Numbered from the stretch's first letter, positions 42,495-57,815 are shown. The stretch: 64,000 nt of DNA from Eledone cirrhosa (GCA_964016885.1 OZ024740.1:324508001-324572000), one strand, 5' to 3'. Made by a program: numbers and translations. Notes: generated by a model not told the origin, from the sequence alone.

Positions 42495-44282
42495 ATGGAC
42501 GTTGCCATAGAGACAACTGTTACAAAAGAAAAAAAAAAAAATATATCAACATTTGAAAATTTTACAATTTCTACCGCCGAAGCGGAGAAAAATGACAATA
42601 ACACACAGGAAAACACGGCAAAAAAACCCATTGACATACATACACATGAAAAAGATATCAACAACTCTACAGATACATCTACACATAAAATTTCCAACAA
42701 CGATAACATCATTATCAACAACAACATCACACAAAAAAAGAAAATATCTTTCGCTGACACAGTCAACAAGAAACAAGATTTTATAAATCTTGATATCTCC
42801 AACGCAAGAGATATGCTCCAGCAAGGGAGAAAATTTGTAACTTTCGAAGAAAGAGGTGGGTTTAGAATTAACTCACCCCTTGAAATAAAGGAAGACACAA
42901 ACCGCCGATCAGTCACTTTTAGGACTGTGTCAAATTCGTCAAGAAAACCGACATTTGTTAATCAGTCAGATATAGAAGATTCTTTCAAGGAGATTCTAGC
43001 AAATGTCGATTTTCTCCAGCGAGGAAAACAGTACGGAAGCGTTTCCGTACTGTTTAAAAGCGAGACACTCGCCCCAAAAAACTCTGTGACACCAATAGTG
43101 TCAAAAGCATACACCTTTTTCCCTACATACATGGGGAAAAGGACACAAAAAATAAAAATAAAAAACATACCTCCAAGCATTAACATCTGGTGGATCTTGG
43201 CTGGCTTCGTAGAGCCAGAAACAGGCATAATACTTTCGATACGAAAATCCATTCGACAAAGGTGGGCGGGCACCGATTTGGAGATTCTGTTGCAAATGAA
43301 ACCGGAGAGAATCTCCAAAATACCCGAAAGAGTCGTTATTGATAATAACAACAATATAAACATTTCGGTAGAAGGACGAAAATTTCACTGCTTTCGCTGT
43401 GGTAGCACATCTCACCTAAAAGCCTCTTGTCCACAAACACTCAACAACAACATCATAAAAAAAACGCTATTACCAACACCAACACCAAAACAACCACCAC
43501 CACCACCACAAGTACAACGACAGACGAAACGAGCAACCACACCAAAACAAACAGACACTCAACCAACAACAACAGAAAAAACAGAGACAACACCCCTGAA
43601 GAACACATCCCCACTCCATCCCACTCCATCAAACACTACCACAAACACACATACCGAAACACCACCACCACCACACAACATACCCTTACCCCACACACCT
43701 GACGATGATTATTCATCGACGGATGAAGCTGCTTCTCCTTCTTTAAGTGAAGAAGAGGGAGAACCGCGGAAATCCAAAAAACAAAAAAAGAGACACCACA
43801 AAACCCCCAAAACTCCAATCACCAACACCAACACACAACCACAGACACAAACAACACCACAGTCAAACATCCCCCTATCAGCAAAACCAGCACCAACACC
43901 ACCCCAAACACAAGCACCCACCATAAAAAGAAAACTCCCGGATGAACAACAAACTAAAACAATACAACAAAAACACAAACAACAATACGCATACATCAAC
44001 ACAAACAACAACAGTTTGATGGAGGTCATCTCCCAAAACTCCAAGGTGGAGACGGAGGGCAAAACTTTCGTCAAGGCAGAATCGTTTCCACACCTTAAAC
44101 TTATAAGGGTTTCTATGGAAACCTATAAAGACCTGAAAATTAAATTTTCACAGGACGTGGGCAACCCCTGCCACAAACCCATCAACCGCGTCCTGTTGAA
44201 AGGTTTCCCCACCCCACCCAACACCCCATCCAGCACCCAAATGGAGATTGAACAACCCGATCTCCAGGCAACGAAAAGGTAA
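42495..44282 (+). CDS. LINE ORF1 (gag-like, CCHC zinc knuckle, Thr/Pro-rich tail)
   Basis: CFRCGSTSHLKASC; open from 42408, first in-frame ATG at 42495. Confidence 0.85.
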   Translation: MDVAIETTVTKEKKKNISTFENFTISTAEAEKNDNNTQENTAKKPIDIHTHEKDINNSTDTSTHKISNNDNIIINNNITQKKKISFADTVNKKQDFINLDISNARDMLQQGRKFVTFEERGGFRINSPLEIKEDTNRRSVTFRTVSNSSRKPTFVNQSDIEDSFKEILANVDFLQRGKQYGSVSVLFKSETLAPKNSVTPIVSKAYTFFPTYMGKRTQKIKIKNIPPSINIWWILAGFVEPETGIILSIRKSIRQRWAGTDLEILLQMKPERISKIPERVVIDNNNNINISVEGRKFHCFRCGSTSHLKASCPQTLNNNIIKKTLLPTPTPKQPPPPPQVQRQTKRATTPKQTDTQPTTTEKTETTPLKNTSPLHPTPSNTTTNTHTETPPPPHNIPLPHTPDDDYSSTDEAASPSLSEEEGEPRKSKKQKKRHHKTPKTPITNTNTQPQTQTTPQSNIPLSAKPAPTPPQTQAPTIKRKLPDEQQTKTIQQKHKQQYAYINTNNNSLMEVISQNSKVETEGKTFVKAESFPHLKLIRVSMETYKDLKIKFSQDVGNPCHKPINRVLLKGFPTPPNTPSSTQMEIEQPDLQATKR

Positions 44283-44323
44283 GTGCACCTTTCGTCCTTT
44301 TTCTCCAACTTTTCTTCACCAAC

Positions 44324-47300
44324 ATGGCTGGTTTACGAGTTGGAACCGTGAATGTGCGTGGTCTAGGGATGCCCTGGAAACAGGGCCAACTTTTAAACGA
44401 CCTTAGGTCACACAGTATGGATGTGATAGCCATCACCGAGTCCAGAATCCACAACAGGCAGCAACTAACCCCCATCTTCGACGACTTTGAGATCTACGCA
44501 TCTCTCTGTCAGCCAGGAGGTGGAGGTGGAGTGGCTGTTATGTTTCGGAAGAACCTGGACGTCGGAGTACAGCAAGTACACTTGGACCCGGAGGGTAGAC
44601 TGGTAGTCCTAGACGTGAACAGTATCGGAGGTGGAGCCTTCAGACTGGTGGCCGTTTATGCCCCGACCGGGCAATCGCAATCACGGCCAAACTTCTTTAA
44701 GCGTCTAGAGTCTTTTCTGGGAACGTCTCGCTCCTTACTTTTAGTGGGGGACTGGAATGGTATCCTAGATGCACGATGGGACTATGTGGGAGCATGTCCC
44801 AGTAGAGCGGGGTGCAACAGCCTCAAAACTTTAATCGGCCAATTCCAACTGGCCGATAGGTATCGACTGGATTTCCCGACTGCACCACAGTGGACGTGGG
44901 TAAACCGCAGTGGGACATCTAGATCGTATTTAGATAGGTTCTTCATTAGAGAAAGGGACAAGGATATGTTAAGCTGTCCACGAATGCACATGGTTGCCTA
45001 TTCAGATCACAAATTAGTCGTCTGCTTAGTCAACCGTGATAGAATACATAGACAGGGTCCCGGATACTGGAAGCTGAACGTGTCGTTGCCGGCACGTAAA
45101 GCTTACAGTGAACGGATAAGTAAACTAGTCAAGCAACAGTTAACGGGAGCCATCGTCAACAATAGATGGTGGTACTCTCTCAAGAAAGCAATTAAAATAG
45201 AATCGATAGGGTATAGCAGAGAGTTAGCCTTAGAGAAAAACAGAATAGAAAGAGAACTAGTAGCCAAGGTAGAGGAGGCACTTAGAAGTGGCAACGCGGC
45301 TAGAGTGTTAGCGTCGAGAACGGCACTGGACCAGTTCTTCGATGCGAAACACGAAGGCTGCGTGGTCAGAAGCAAAACACGTGCTCTAGGAAACGAAGGA
45401 GCGAAAGCTGTCAGCTGGGCCCGAGTGGCGGAGGCAAAAAGTGGCAACAAGTCCACGATTCGGTCTGTGAAAGACCAAAACGGACGCGTGCTACTTGACC
45501 CCAAGCAAATGTGCGCGGCCTTTCAGCGGCACTTTGCTCGACTGTTTGAGCAGAACGACGGTGAGCCGAACGGGGCAATGGACTTTAGTTCATACCTCGA
45601 CGGCCTGCCGCGTCTCTCGAACACGGACGCCGAGTTCTGCGAAAGACCGATCACGGACACTGAGATACGGGACGCTCTGGGCCGCTGCGGGAAACGCAAG
45701 TCACCCGGTATAGATGGTCTACCCTACGAATTTTACATAGGCATGCCGGACTTGTTCTCTGGCGTCCTCGAAGCCGTCTACTGCAATTGGTAGCAGAACG
45801 GGAGAATTCCCAGTTCTGCAGGCAAGGGCGTAGTAACGCTGATCAGGAAAGACGAGAACAAGGGGGACGAAATTAACAACTTCAGGCCCATAACTCTGCT
45901 CAACACAGAGTTAAAGATTTTGTCCAAGGTGCTAGCGACGAGGTTGGCGCTTGTCGTCGAGAACCTGGTAGGGAAAGCGCAAACGTGTGCAATCCCGACC
46001 AGGTCCATACACGACAACCTCCACCTCATGCGATACATCATAGAGAGGGTGGGTAGTAAACCCGGATTCGGTGGGGCTCTGATCAACTTGGATCAGTCTA
46101 AGGCATTCGATAGGGTCGACCATCGATACTTGGAAGCGGTTCTCAAGGCGGCCGGTTTCGGTCCCGTGTTCAGAGGATGGATCGAGGCGATGCACACCAG
46201 CATCTGCTCGAGGGTCAAGGTGAACGGCTACCTATCGGAGCCGTTCGCAATCACGCGTTCCATTCGACAGGGATGCCCTCTCTCCTCCATTCTGTATGTA
46301 TTTACTCTAGAGCCACTACTGCGGAAATTGGAGCTGTTGCAGGGCATCCCCATAGAACCGGGACTGCGCAAAGCGGCGTCGGCTTATGCCGACGACGTGA
46401 CAGTAATGGTGTCGAGCACCTCGGAAATCGGGGTGATCGGCAACATACTGAAAGAATACGAAACGCTGACGGGAGCAAAACTAAACCCAGACAAGTCTGT
46501 CGGTTTGCAACTCGGTACGTGGAGAGGCAAACCGATGACATCCGACAGCGTCGTTGGACGCTGGACGTACGGACCGGTGAAATTGCTCGTGGTCTGGTTC
46601 GGTCCAGACCTCCAGGTGGAGAAAAACTGGAACGAGGTCACGGCCAAGGTGTTTGCACTCACTCAGAAGTGGGCAGAGTGCAAACTGTCCTTGAAAGGTC
46701 GAGCGGAGGTGGCGAACACTTTCATAGCGTCCGTCATCTACTACCGCTTGACTGTCGTGCCTTGTCCCCGTGAACACCTCGCCAAGATGGAACACATGCT
46801 CTTCCAGTTTCTGTGGAAGAAGCAGGCTCCGCTGGTGAGGAGATCCGTCTGCTGTCAGCACCCTTCCAACGGAGGGCTGGGAATGCCGTGGCTGATGATG
46901 CGCAAACATGCGCTGAGGTTGCGGCATCTCCAGGTATTCCTCACCGACCCCCAACCGGTGTGGGCACCGTTTGTGAGACAGGCTTTCCCACAGCTCGTCT
47001 CGCTAACGGAGCTGCAGTCCTGGGTGAAGAAAAGACCGAAAACGATGGGCGCCTGGCACATTGAATGCGCTCAGGCGCTCACAGTCCTCTGGCAAGCGGG
47101 CACAGCAATCAGTGGAGACTCCACTTCGACATTCTATAGAGGGATTGTACGTTACAAGGGCGACGACGTGCTCGGAGAGACTCTAGGCGTCGAAGACGAT
47201 GAGCTCACCAGTATGTTTGGTAGGACTTTCCGCCCGGGACCTATGGACAACTTCCAGAGGTCCCTGGCCTGGCAGTGCTACCGAGGAGCTCTACCGGTTC

Positions 47301-47769
47301 GTGACAAGATTTACAGGCACGGACGCCCTGCAGGGATCCTTCCAAGAGGACGTGTCCAAGATGTGCGCAGGACATTGAAACAGTACTGCACGCAATTGTA
47401 CACTGCCCGGGCGTAAGCGATCTGTGGAACTATGCAGAACAACTGCTGTCGCGTATGGGACAAATACAGTTGACTGCCGAGTCCATAGTAAGGATCAAAC
47501 CGCCAGACTCTTTCAAAAACGAAAGAGAGGCGGTTTTCCTCTGTACGGTGGCTATGGTGAAAGAAGTTATATGGTGGACGAGGTTGAGAGGACTGAGGAC
47601 AGATGCCTTTCTCTCCGGACAACAATTGATTCCATTCTTTAAGTATCACTTTAGAAGGAGAATCAGGGTGGAGAGAGAGGCACTGCACCCCAGTAAATTT
47701 ACTGAAAGGTGGGTGAATGAAGCGAAAATGGCCCGAGTGATTGGGCCTTCTCTGTTTATAAGCCTGTAG
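44324..47769 (+). pseudogene. LINE ORF2 (AP endonuclease, reverse transcriptase, C-terminal zinc finger) with one nonsense codon and one frameshift
   Basis: TVNVRGL, ITESR, VGDWN, YSDH; KSPGIDG, DQSKAFDRV, RQGCPLS, AYADD; TAG at 45791 in the same frame as the 45920 ORF; frameshift near 47330-47350 before CPRC..HAIVHC. Confidence 0.93.
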
Positions 47770-48009
47770 GTTGAGGAAGAGAGCAAAAGGAAGAAAGGAG
47801 CACTTGCACAACACGCTCCTTGAGTTGAGGGTTGTTCTATCGACGGGGTATTAAACAACCCATTTGTGGCGCCTCCCCCCTATTGGGGATTTCGATTGTT
47901 GAAATTGTTTGTTTTTATATTTTTTACACGACTGTATGTAAAATCCCCGGCATGTCTTTGTATTGTCCCCTTTCTTGTTGCGCCCTTGTGGCTAATAAAG
48001 AAATCTATC

Positions 48010-48040
<31 letters not shown>

Positions 48041-48095
48041 CTATATCTCCATCCATATCTCCATCCATTTATCTCTCCATCCATCTCTCTCTCTC

Positions 48096-49990
<1,895 letters not shown>

Positions 49991-49994
49991 GTAA

Positions 49995-50032
<38 letters not shown>

Positions 50033-50040
50033 AATATATA

Positions 50041-50110
<70 letters not shown>

Positions 50111-50182
50111 CTGTCGGTTTGTCTGAATGTTTGTCTATTTGTTTGCCTATCTGTCCTACTATCTCCCCCTCTCTTTCTCTTT

Positions 50183-50218
<36 letters not shown>

Positions 50219-51000
50219 CAGTACGTCTATCTGTCTGTTTATCTATCTATATATTTATATATCTATACATCTTCTTAGTTACCTAGTTAGTTACTTGCTA
50301 ACTATCTGTCTGTCTGTAATCTAGATGACCTAAAATTGTATTGCCAATATTTGAGCCAAGTATTTAAGCTTTCGAAATTATTATACTCGCCAAGTAGAAC
50401 ACTAATCTAAATTTCTAAGACAGTCATTAATTCTCTGTGATATTATGAACTGGGTAATTAATTTCTAGTCGGTTTTTATACCAAACACTCTGGATGTCAG
50501 CAAACCTTACGCACATATGGCTTAACAACACTCACACACACATGGGCTAGAAGCCACCATGTTAGTAATAACACGTTATCCCAAAGACCCATCCACATTT
50601 TGTTCCTGGTACTGGAAACTAGTATACCTCCGAACATAGCTCTAAGCATCTTTGGGGATGTTCTAAACAGGAGCTTCTCTCACCTTCTCTTTGCAGTTGA
50701 ATTCAATTAGTATTACAACCTGTTGGTGTGTTTTTCAGCTGGCAATCAAAGATAAACATTGATTGCTAGCTAAATTAATTATAAATATAAAATATACTGA
50801 AGTGAAAACCAACCCAAACCAAACAGTGAGTGTATTTTATTATATATTTTTTCTGACAATAACAACACAAGCCTCCTCAAATATAACAATAAAGTTCAAT
50901 ATTTTAACAAAATAATCAATTGCGTTATTCCCGTCAACGTCTAGCAGTTCTTCCTGGCTTCTGACTCTAGCAAAACCATTAAAAATATTGTTACAGTAAT

Positions 51001-51419
51001 GGATAAAATAAAATACCAGTAACGCACTGGGGAGAATTTAATCGGTTTTCCCCTCCCACAAAATTCTTGGCCTTTCGGCAGAACGTCTGACAACCTGCTT
51101 AGTGGCATTGAGTTATGGCCCTTTATGTTCTGAGTTCAAATCCCGCCGAGGTTAGCTTTGCCTTTCATCCTTACGGGGTCGATAAAATAAAGTATCAGTA
51201 ATGCACTGGGATAATTGCTGGCCTTGTGCCAAATGTAGAAACAATTATTATAGTTAGGGTGGTGGATTCGCAGTTCGGTAGAGCGCCGGACAACATGCTT
51301 TGTGGCATTGAGTTATGATCCTTTACGTTCTGAATTCAAATCCCGCCGAGGTTAGATTTACCTTTCATCCTTACGTGGTCGACAACATAAAGTACCAAGA
51401 AAGATGATGTTGATGGTGG

Positions 51420-51450
<31 letters not shown>

Positions 51451-51545
51451 GATGGTGATGATGATGAGAATGATGATGATGATGATGATTTAATCGACTT
51501 TCCTCCCCCAAATTGTTGGCCTTGCACCTAAATCAAAAACCGTTA
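51001..51545 (+). mobile_element. Three nested or tandem CORE-type SINE pieces
   Basis: Core and tail motifs repeated; the third copy is interrupted by (GAT)n. Confidence 0.8.
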
Positions 51546-52165
51546 TTTTCAACTGTTTTAGTACTTTATTCTTTTAGACAACGGCAATGCTGAGGCAATT
51601 TCTTATAGTTTTTTTTTTTTTTTTCAGGAATCTGTGACACTACCTTCATTTCTGAAAACTTCCCCTTAATGTGACTTTAGTGACCCCAATGCTTACAAAT
51701 ATTATTAAAAAACGCAGGAAAGAATCACACAAAGGTTTCCTAAACTTTTTATGTAACCAGACCTCACACATACGCACATATACACACAAACCCTCACAAA
51801 CACACACACACACACGCATACATACACACAAACACAAAAAACGACTCACACACACTTACACACACAAAGACACATATACAATCAATATAGATACACAACA
51901 TGGTACACACACATACACACACATAGGCACACGTTTATATATACACATATATATATATATATACATACACACACACACAAACATGACACCCATTATAGAC
52001 ACACACACATATAGACACATGTAAATATGACACTCGCCCACACACACATATTCACACACAGACACACACACATGCACACATGCACACGACACAAGAAAAA
52101 AGATTGAATTTCGAAGTAATCCGATAATTTTTTGGGTTGCGTCGCATATAACTGCTGCTGCTGCT

Positions 52166-52512
52166 GATGATGATGACGATGACGATGATGATGGTGATGG
52201 TGATGGTGATGATGATGATGATGATGATGGTGATGGTGATGATGATGGTGATGGTGAAGGTGATGGTGATGGTGAAGGTGATGATGATGATGGTGATGGT
52301 GATGGTGATGATGATGATGATGATGATGGTGATGGTGATGGTGATGGTGATGATGATGATGATGATGATGGTGATGGTGATGGTGAAGGTGATGATGATG
52401 ATGATGATGGTGATGGTGATGGTCATGGTGGTGATGATGATGGTGATGATGATGATGATGAGAATGATGATGATGATGATGATTATGATGATGATGATGA
52501 TGATGATGGTGA
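52166..52512. repeat. (GAT/GGT)n microsatellite
   Basis: Seen directly. Confidence 0.95.
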
Positions 52513-52769
52513 TTTTGGTAGAAGCCGAACACTTTTGTTCTTATTGGCGGGGGAGTCGATAACTGGTACTTTATTTTATCGACCCCGTAATAATAAAAAT
52601 AAAAACTAACAAACAACACCAGCAGCAACAGAAACATTAATGGAATGAAAACCGAGAAAAACAACAACAAACAAAACAATAACAAAAGCAATATCAAAAC
52701 AACAACAAAACCATAACAAACACTAGTAATATAAAATAAAACTACATACACGTATATGACAATATAAAA

Positions 52770-52927
52770 TAATTGTTTCTACTATTGGCACAAGGCCAGC
52801 AATTACCCAGTACATTACTGGTACTTTATTTTATCGACCTAGTAAGGATGAAAGGCAAAGTTGACCTCGGCGAGATTTGAACTCAGATCGTAAAGGGACG
52901 TAACTATGCTAGAAAGCATGGCGTCCA
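52770..52927 (-). mobile_element. CORE-type SINE (5'-truncated)
   Basis: Reverse complement of the consensus tail and core. Confidence 0.85.
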
Positions 52928-52966
52928 AATAAAATAATACAACCCTGAACGTTATATCGAAGTTAG

Positions 52967-55340
52967 GGTGGTGGTGGTGGTGGTGGTTGTGGTGTCTATG
53001 TGGAGGTGGTGGTGTCTATGTGGTGGTGGTGGTGGTGGTGGTGGTGTCTATGTGGTGGTGGTGGTTGTGGTGTCTATGTGGTGGTGGTGGTGGTGGTTGT
53101 GGTGTCTATGTGGTGGTGGTGGTGGTTGTGGTGTCTATGTGGTGGTGGTGGTGGTTGTGGTGTCTATGTGGAGGTGGTGGTGTCTATGTGGTGGTGGTGG
53201 TGGTGGTGTCTATGTGGTTGTGGTGTCTATGTGGTGATGGTGGTGGTTGTGGTGTCGATGTGTGTGGTGGTGGTGGTGGTGGTTGTGGTGTCTATGTGGT
53301 GGTGGTGGTGGTGGTGTCTATGTGGTGGTTGTGTTTGTGGTGTCTATGTGGTGGTGGTGGTGGTGGTGTCTATGTGGTTGTGGTGTCTATGTGGTGATGG
53401 TGGTGGTTGTGGTGTCTATGTGGTGGTGGTGGTGGTGGTGTCTATGTGGTTGTGGTGTCGATGTGGTGATGGTGGTGGTGGTGGTTGTGGTGTCTATGTG
53501 GTGGTGTCTATGTGGTGATGGTGGTGGTTGTGGTTGTGGTGGTGGTGGTTGTGGTGTCGATGTGGTGATGGTGGTGGTGGTGGTGTCTATGTGGTGGTGG
53601 TGGTGGTGTCTATGTGGTGGTGGTGGTGGTGGTTGTGGTGTCTATGTGTTGATGGTGGTGGTGGTGGTGGTGGTGGTGGTTGTGGTGTCTATGTGGTGGT
53701 GGTGGTGGTGGTGTCTATGTGGTGGTGGTGGTTGTGGTGTCTATGTGGTGGTGGTGGTGGTGGTGGTGGTTGTGGTGTCTATGTGGTGGTGGTGGTGGTG
53801 GTGTCTATGTGGTGGTTGTGGTTGTGGTGTCTATGTGGTGGTGGTGGTGGTGGTGTCTATGTGGTGGTGGTGGTGGTGGTTGTGGTGTCTATGTGGTGGT
53901 GGTGGTGGTGGTTGTGGTGTCTATGTGGTGGTTGTGGTTGTGGTGTCTATGTGGTGGTGGTGGTTGTGGTTGTGGTGTCTATGTGGTGGTGGTGTCTATG
54001 TGGTTGTGGTGTCTATGTGGTGGTGGTGTCTATGTGGTTGTGGTGTCTATGTGATGGTGGTGGTTGTGGTGTCTATGTGGTGCTGGTGGTGGTGGCGTCT
54101 TGTGGTGGTGGTGGCTGCGGTGTCTATGTGGTGGTGGTGGTGGTGGTGTCTATGTGGTTGTGGTGTCTATGTGGTGATGGTGGTGGTGGTGTCTATGTGG
54201 TGGGGGTGGGGGTGGTGTCTATGTGGTGGTGGTGGCTGTGGTGTCTATGTGGTGGTGGTGGTGGTGGTGTCTATGTGGTGGTGATGGTGGTGGTGGTGGT
54301 GTCTGTGTGGTGGTGGTGGTGGTGTCTATGTGGTGGTTGTGGTGGTGGTGGTTGTGTCTATGTGGTGGTGGTGGTAGTGGTGTCTATGTGGTGGTGGTGG
54401 TGGTGGTGGTGGTGTCTATGTGATGGTGGTTGTGGTGTCTATGTGGTGGTGGTGCGACTGGTGGTGGTGGTTGTGGTGGTGGTGGTGGTGGTGGTGGTGT
54501 CTATGTGGTGGTGGAGGTGGTGGTGTCTATGTGGTGGTGCGACTGGTGGTGGTGGTGTCGATGTGGTGATGGTGGATGTGGTGGTGGTGGTGGTGGTGTC
54601 TATGTGGTGGTGGTGGTTGTGGTGTCTATGTGGTGGTGGTGGTTGTGGTATCTATGTGGTGGTGGTGGTTGTGGTGTCTATGTGGTGGTGGTGGTGGTTG
54701 TGGTGTCTATGTGGTGGTTGTGGTTGTGGTGTCTATGTGGTGGTGGTGGTTGTGGTGTCTATGTGGTGGTTGTGGTTGTGGTGTCTATGTGGTGGTGGTG
54801 GTGGTGGTGTCTATGTGGTGTCTATGTGGTTGTGGTGTCTATGTGGTGGTGGTGTCTATGTAGTTGTGGTGTCTATGTGGTGATGGTGGTGGTTGTGGTG
54901 TCTATGTGGTGGTGGTGGTGGTGGTGTCTATGTGGTGGTTGTGGCTGTGGTGGTGTCTATGTGGTGGTGGTGGCTGTGGTGTCTATGTGGTGGTGGTGGT
55001 GGTGGTGTCTATGTGGTGGTGATGGTGGTGGTGGTGGTGTCTGTGTGGTGGTGGTGGTGGTGGTGGTGTCTATGTGGTCGTGGTGGTGGTGTCTATGTGG
55101 TGGTGGTGGTAGTGGTGTCTATGTGGTGGTGGTGGTGGTGGTGGTGGTGTCTATGTGGTGGTGGTGCGACTGGTGGTGGTGGTGGTGGTGGTGGTGGTGG
55201 TGTGGGTGTCTATGTGGTGGTGGTGGTGGTGGTACTGGTGTCTACGTGGTGGTGGTGTCTATGTGGTGGTGGAGGTGGTGGTGTCTATGTGGTGGTGCGA
55301 CTGGTGGTGGTGGTGTCTATATGGTGGTGGTGGTGATTGT
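52967..55340. repeat. 2.4-kb G-rich minisatellite: GTCTATGT + (GGT)n variable units
   Basis: gtggtgtctatgtggtggtg repeated throughout; all long ORFs here are repeat translations. Confidence 0.96.
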
Positions 55341-55455
55341 GGGGATGGAGAAGAAATAAAACATAATATAACACCAACAACAACAACAACAGCAATAACA
55401 AGAATAACAATGATAGAAACAACAATAAACAGGATGATGATGATAATAGAAATAG

Positions 55456-55500
<45 letters not shown>

Positions 55501-55527
55501 CACTACCACCACCACCACTACTACTAT

Positions 55528-55575
<48 letters not shown>

Positions 55576-55577
55576 CA

Positions 55578-55668
<91 letters not shown>

Positions 55669-55686
55669 AACTACAACGACTACTAA
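55456..55686. repeat. (CTA)n microsatellite
   Basis: Seen directly. Confidence 0.95.
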
Positions 55687-55992
55687 AATAATAGCTAAAA
55701 TAATAACAAAATTAATAGTAATAATAACACCAAAAACAACAACACAAATACCAACAACAATAATATTAATAATGATGGTAATAACAACAAGAGTAACAAC
55801 AACAATAAACAGGAGGAAATAAATGTTTTATCTAGTCAGTTGCCAGTTACAAGATGGCGGCGTTGATGTGGTAACAATAAGCAATAGAGTTGACAGAAAC
55901 GAACATGAAGCCGTGAAGGAAATGAACTAACCTCGCTGACATAAAACTCCGGATATAACATAGAGCCTGGAGTTATATAGAGAGGATGGTAC

Positions 55993-56111
<119 letters not shown>

Positions 56112-56122
56112 GAAAGAGATTA

Positions 56123-56161
<39 letters not shown>

Positions 56162-56398
56162 TGGGGCTTATAGAGATGGAGAAAAAGGAGTGTGCGAAGA
56201 AGGAGAGATATGTATGTTTGGGAGGGATAGGAAGGGAGATCTTTATAGATATATGTGTATGTGTGTGTATGCGTGTATATATATAATTATTAAGGCCAGT
56301 TACAACAATGGCGACATATCAGGTACGTACGTTTCGTTAGTCCAGAAGACGTATGTATGTGTATATATATATATATATATTATATATATATATATATA

Positions 56399-56486
<88 letters not shown>

Positions 56487-56488
<2 letters not shown>

Positions 56489-57002
56489 AGGGAAAAAGAT
56501 GGAATCGAAAATGCAACTGGAGTCTTTTTTTTTTAAATATATATATTTATTTGGCTCCTTTACCGGTTGTGAGAAAAACCACAGACCCTCCATCTCAATT
56601 CTACTTTTGAAAAGCAGAAGAACTGCGAAACCGGTAAAGGAACCAAATAAATATATATATTTAAAAAAAAAAGATTCTAGTTGCATTTTCGATTTCATCT
56701 TTTTTCCTTATACTTTCACTCGTGTATGACACTTCGGTTATTTTTCATTGAAAGTATAAGGAAAAAAGATGAAATCGAAAATGCTACTAGAGTCTTTTTT
56801 TTAAAATATATATATTTATTTGGTTCCTTTACCGGTTTCGCAGTTCTTCTGCTTTTCAAAAGTAGAATTGAGATGGAGGGTCTGTGGTTTTCCTCACATC
56901 TGACGTCTTGATATATATAACCGGTAAAGGAGCCAAATAAATATATATATTTAAAAAAAAAGACTCCAGTTGCATTTTCGATTCCATCTTTTTTCCTTAT
57001 AT
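56487..57002. mobile_element. Family D element in four alternating-orientation segments (hammerheads 56599-56642 +, 56824-56867 -)
   Basis: Segments 56487-56568 (-), 56569-56749 (+), 56750-56911 (-), 56919-57002 (+). Confidence 0.85.
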
Positions 57003-57011
57003 ATATATATA

Positions 57012-57282
57012 TTAGAATTGGTGCTCTGAAATAGCTATATATATATGAATGTATATATAGTGTATTTTGCAATACACTGTATGCTTAATTAAAAGCATTT
57101 CGAAGACCTTATGCTATTGTTTTAGAGTAGTGACATACTCACTTACTTTATCTCCCCCTGTTTGCTGAAATTAAAGTAAGTGAGTCTGTCACTACTCTAA
57201 AACAATAGCATAAGGTCTTCGAAATGCTTTTAGTTAAGCATACAGTGTATTGCAAAATACACTATATATACATTCATATATA
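57012..57282. mobile_element. Fold-back element related to the 310-bp monomer family
   Basis: Arms 57036-57150/57172-57282; shares aggtcttc(g/a)aaatg..catacag and gctatttcagagca with the 5725-6910 monomers. Confidence 0.75.
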
Positions 57283-57399
57283 TATATATACATATATATA
57301 TATATTAATATATATATATAATATATAATATATATATATATATATATAATATATATATATATAATATATAATATATATATACACATATATATACACATA

Positions 57400-57437
<38 letters not shown>

Positions 57438-57521
57438 TTAAGACCAGTTACTAAAACGACGTCTTCTAGACTAACGAAACGTACGTACCTGATATGTCGC
57501 CGTTGTTGTAACTGGCCTTAA

Positions 57522-57590
<69 letters not shown>

Positions 57591-57594
<4 letters not shown>

Positions 57595-57745
57595 AAAAAA
57601 AGATGAAATCGAAAATGCAACTGGAGTCTTATTTTTTTTTAAATATATATATTTATTTGGTTCCTTTACCGGTTTCGCAGTTCTTCTGTTTTTCAAAAGT
57701 AGAGTTGAGATGGAGGGTCTGTGGTTTTCCTCACATCTGACGTCT

Positions 57746-57748
<3 letters not shown>
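57591..57748 (-). mobile_element. Family D element with U3-A8 hammerhead (57661-57703)
   Basis: Near-copy of 56760-56911. Confidence 0.8.

Positions 57749-57815
<67 letters not shown>

Larger units (their letters stand above)
42200..48003 (+). mobile_element. Near full-length Tx1/L1-clade LINE inserted in (ATCT)n
   Basis: ORF1 with zinc knuckle, ORF2 APE-RT-CCHC, AATAAA at the 3' end, (ATCT)n at 42102-42190 and 48004-48044. Confidence 0.93.

Noticed and set aside
42392-47858. Antisense and alternate-frame ORFs over the LINE
   Set aside because: Shadow ORFs of ORF1/ORF2, except 47455-47769, which is the frameshifted ORF2 end
55849-55863. YY1-like caagatggcggcg / possible start codon
   Set aside because: Single motif; the ORF stops after 6 codons; no supporting context
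56281-57530. GAAA cgtacg TA half-motifs in inverted copies at 56281-56352 and 57459-57530 (a different half-motif, GAAA cg agtt cg TT, at 11775)
   Set aside because: Only 3' halves with no CUGANGA box; consistent with truncated elements but not counted as ribozymes
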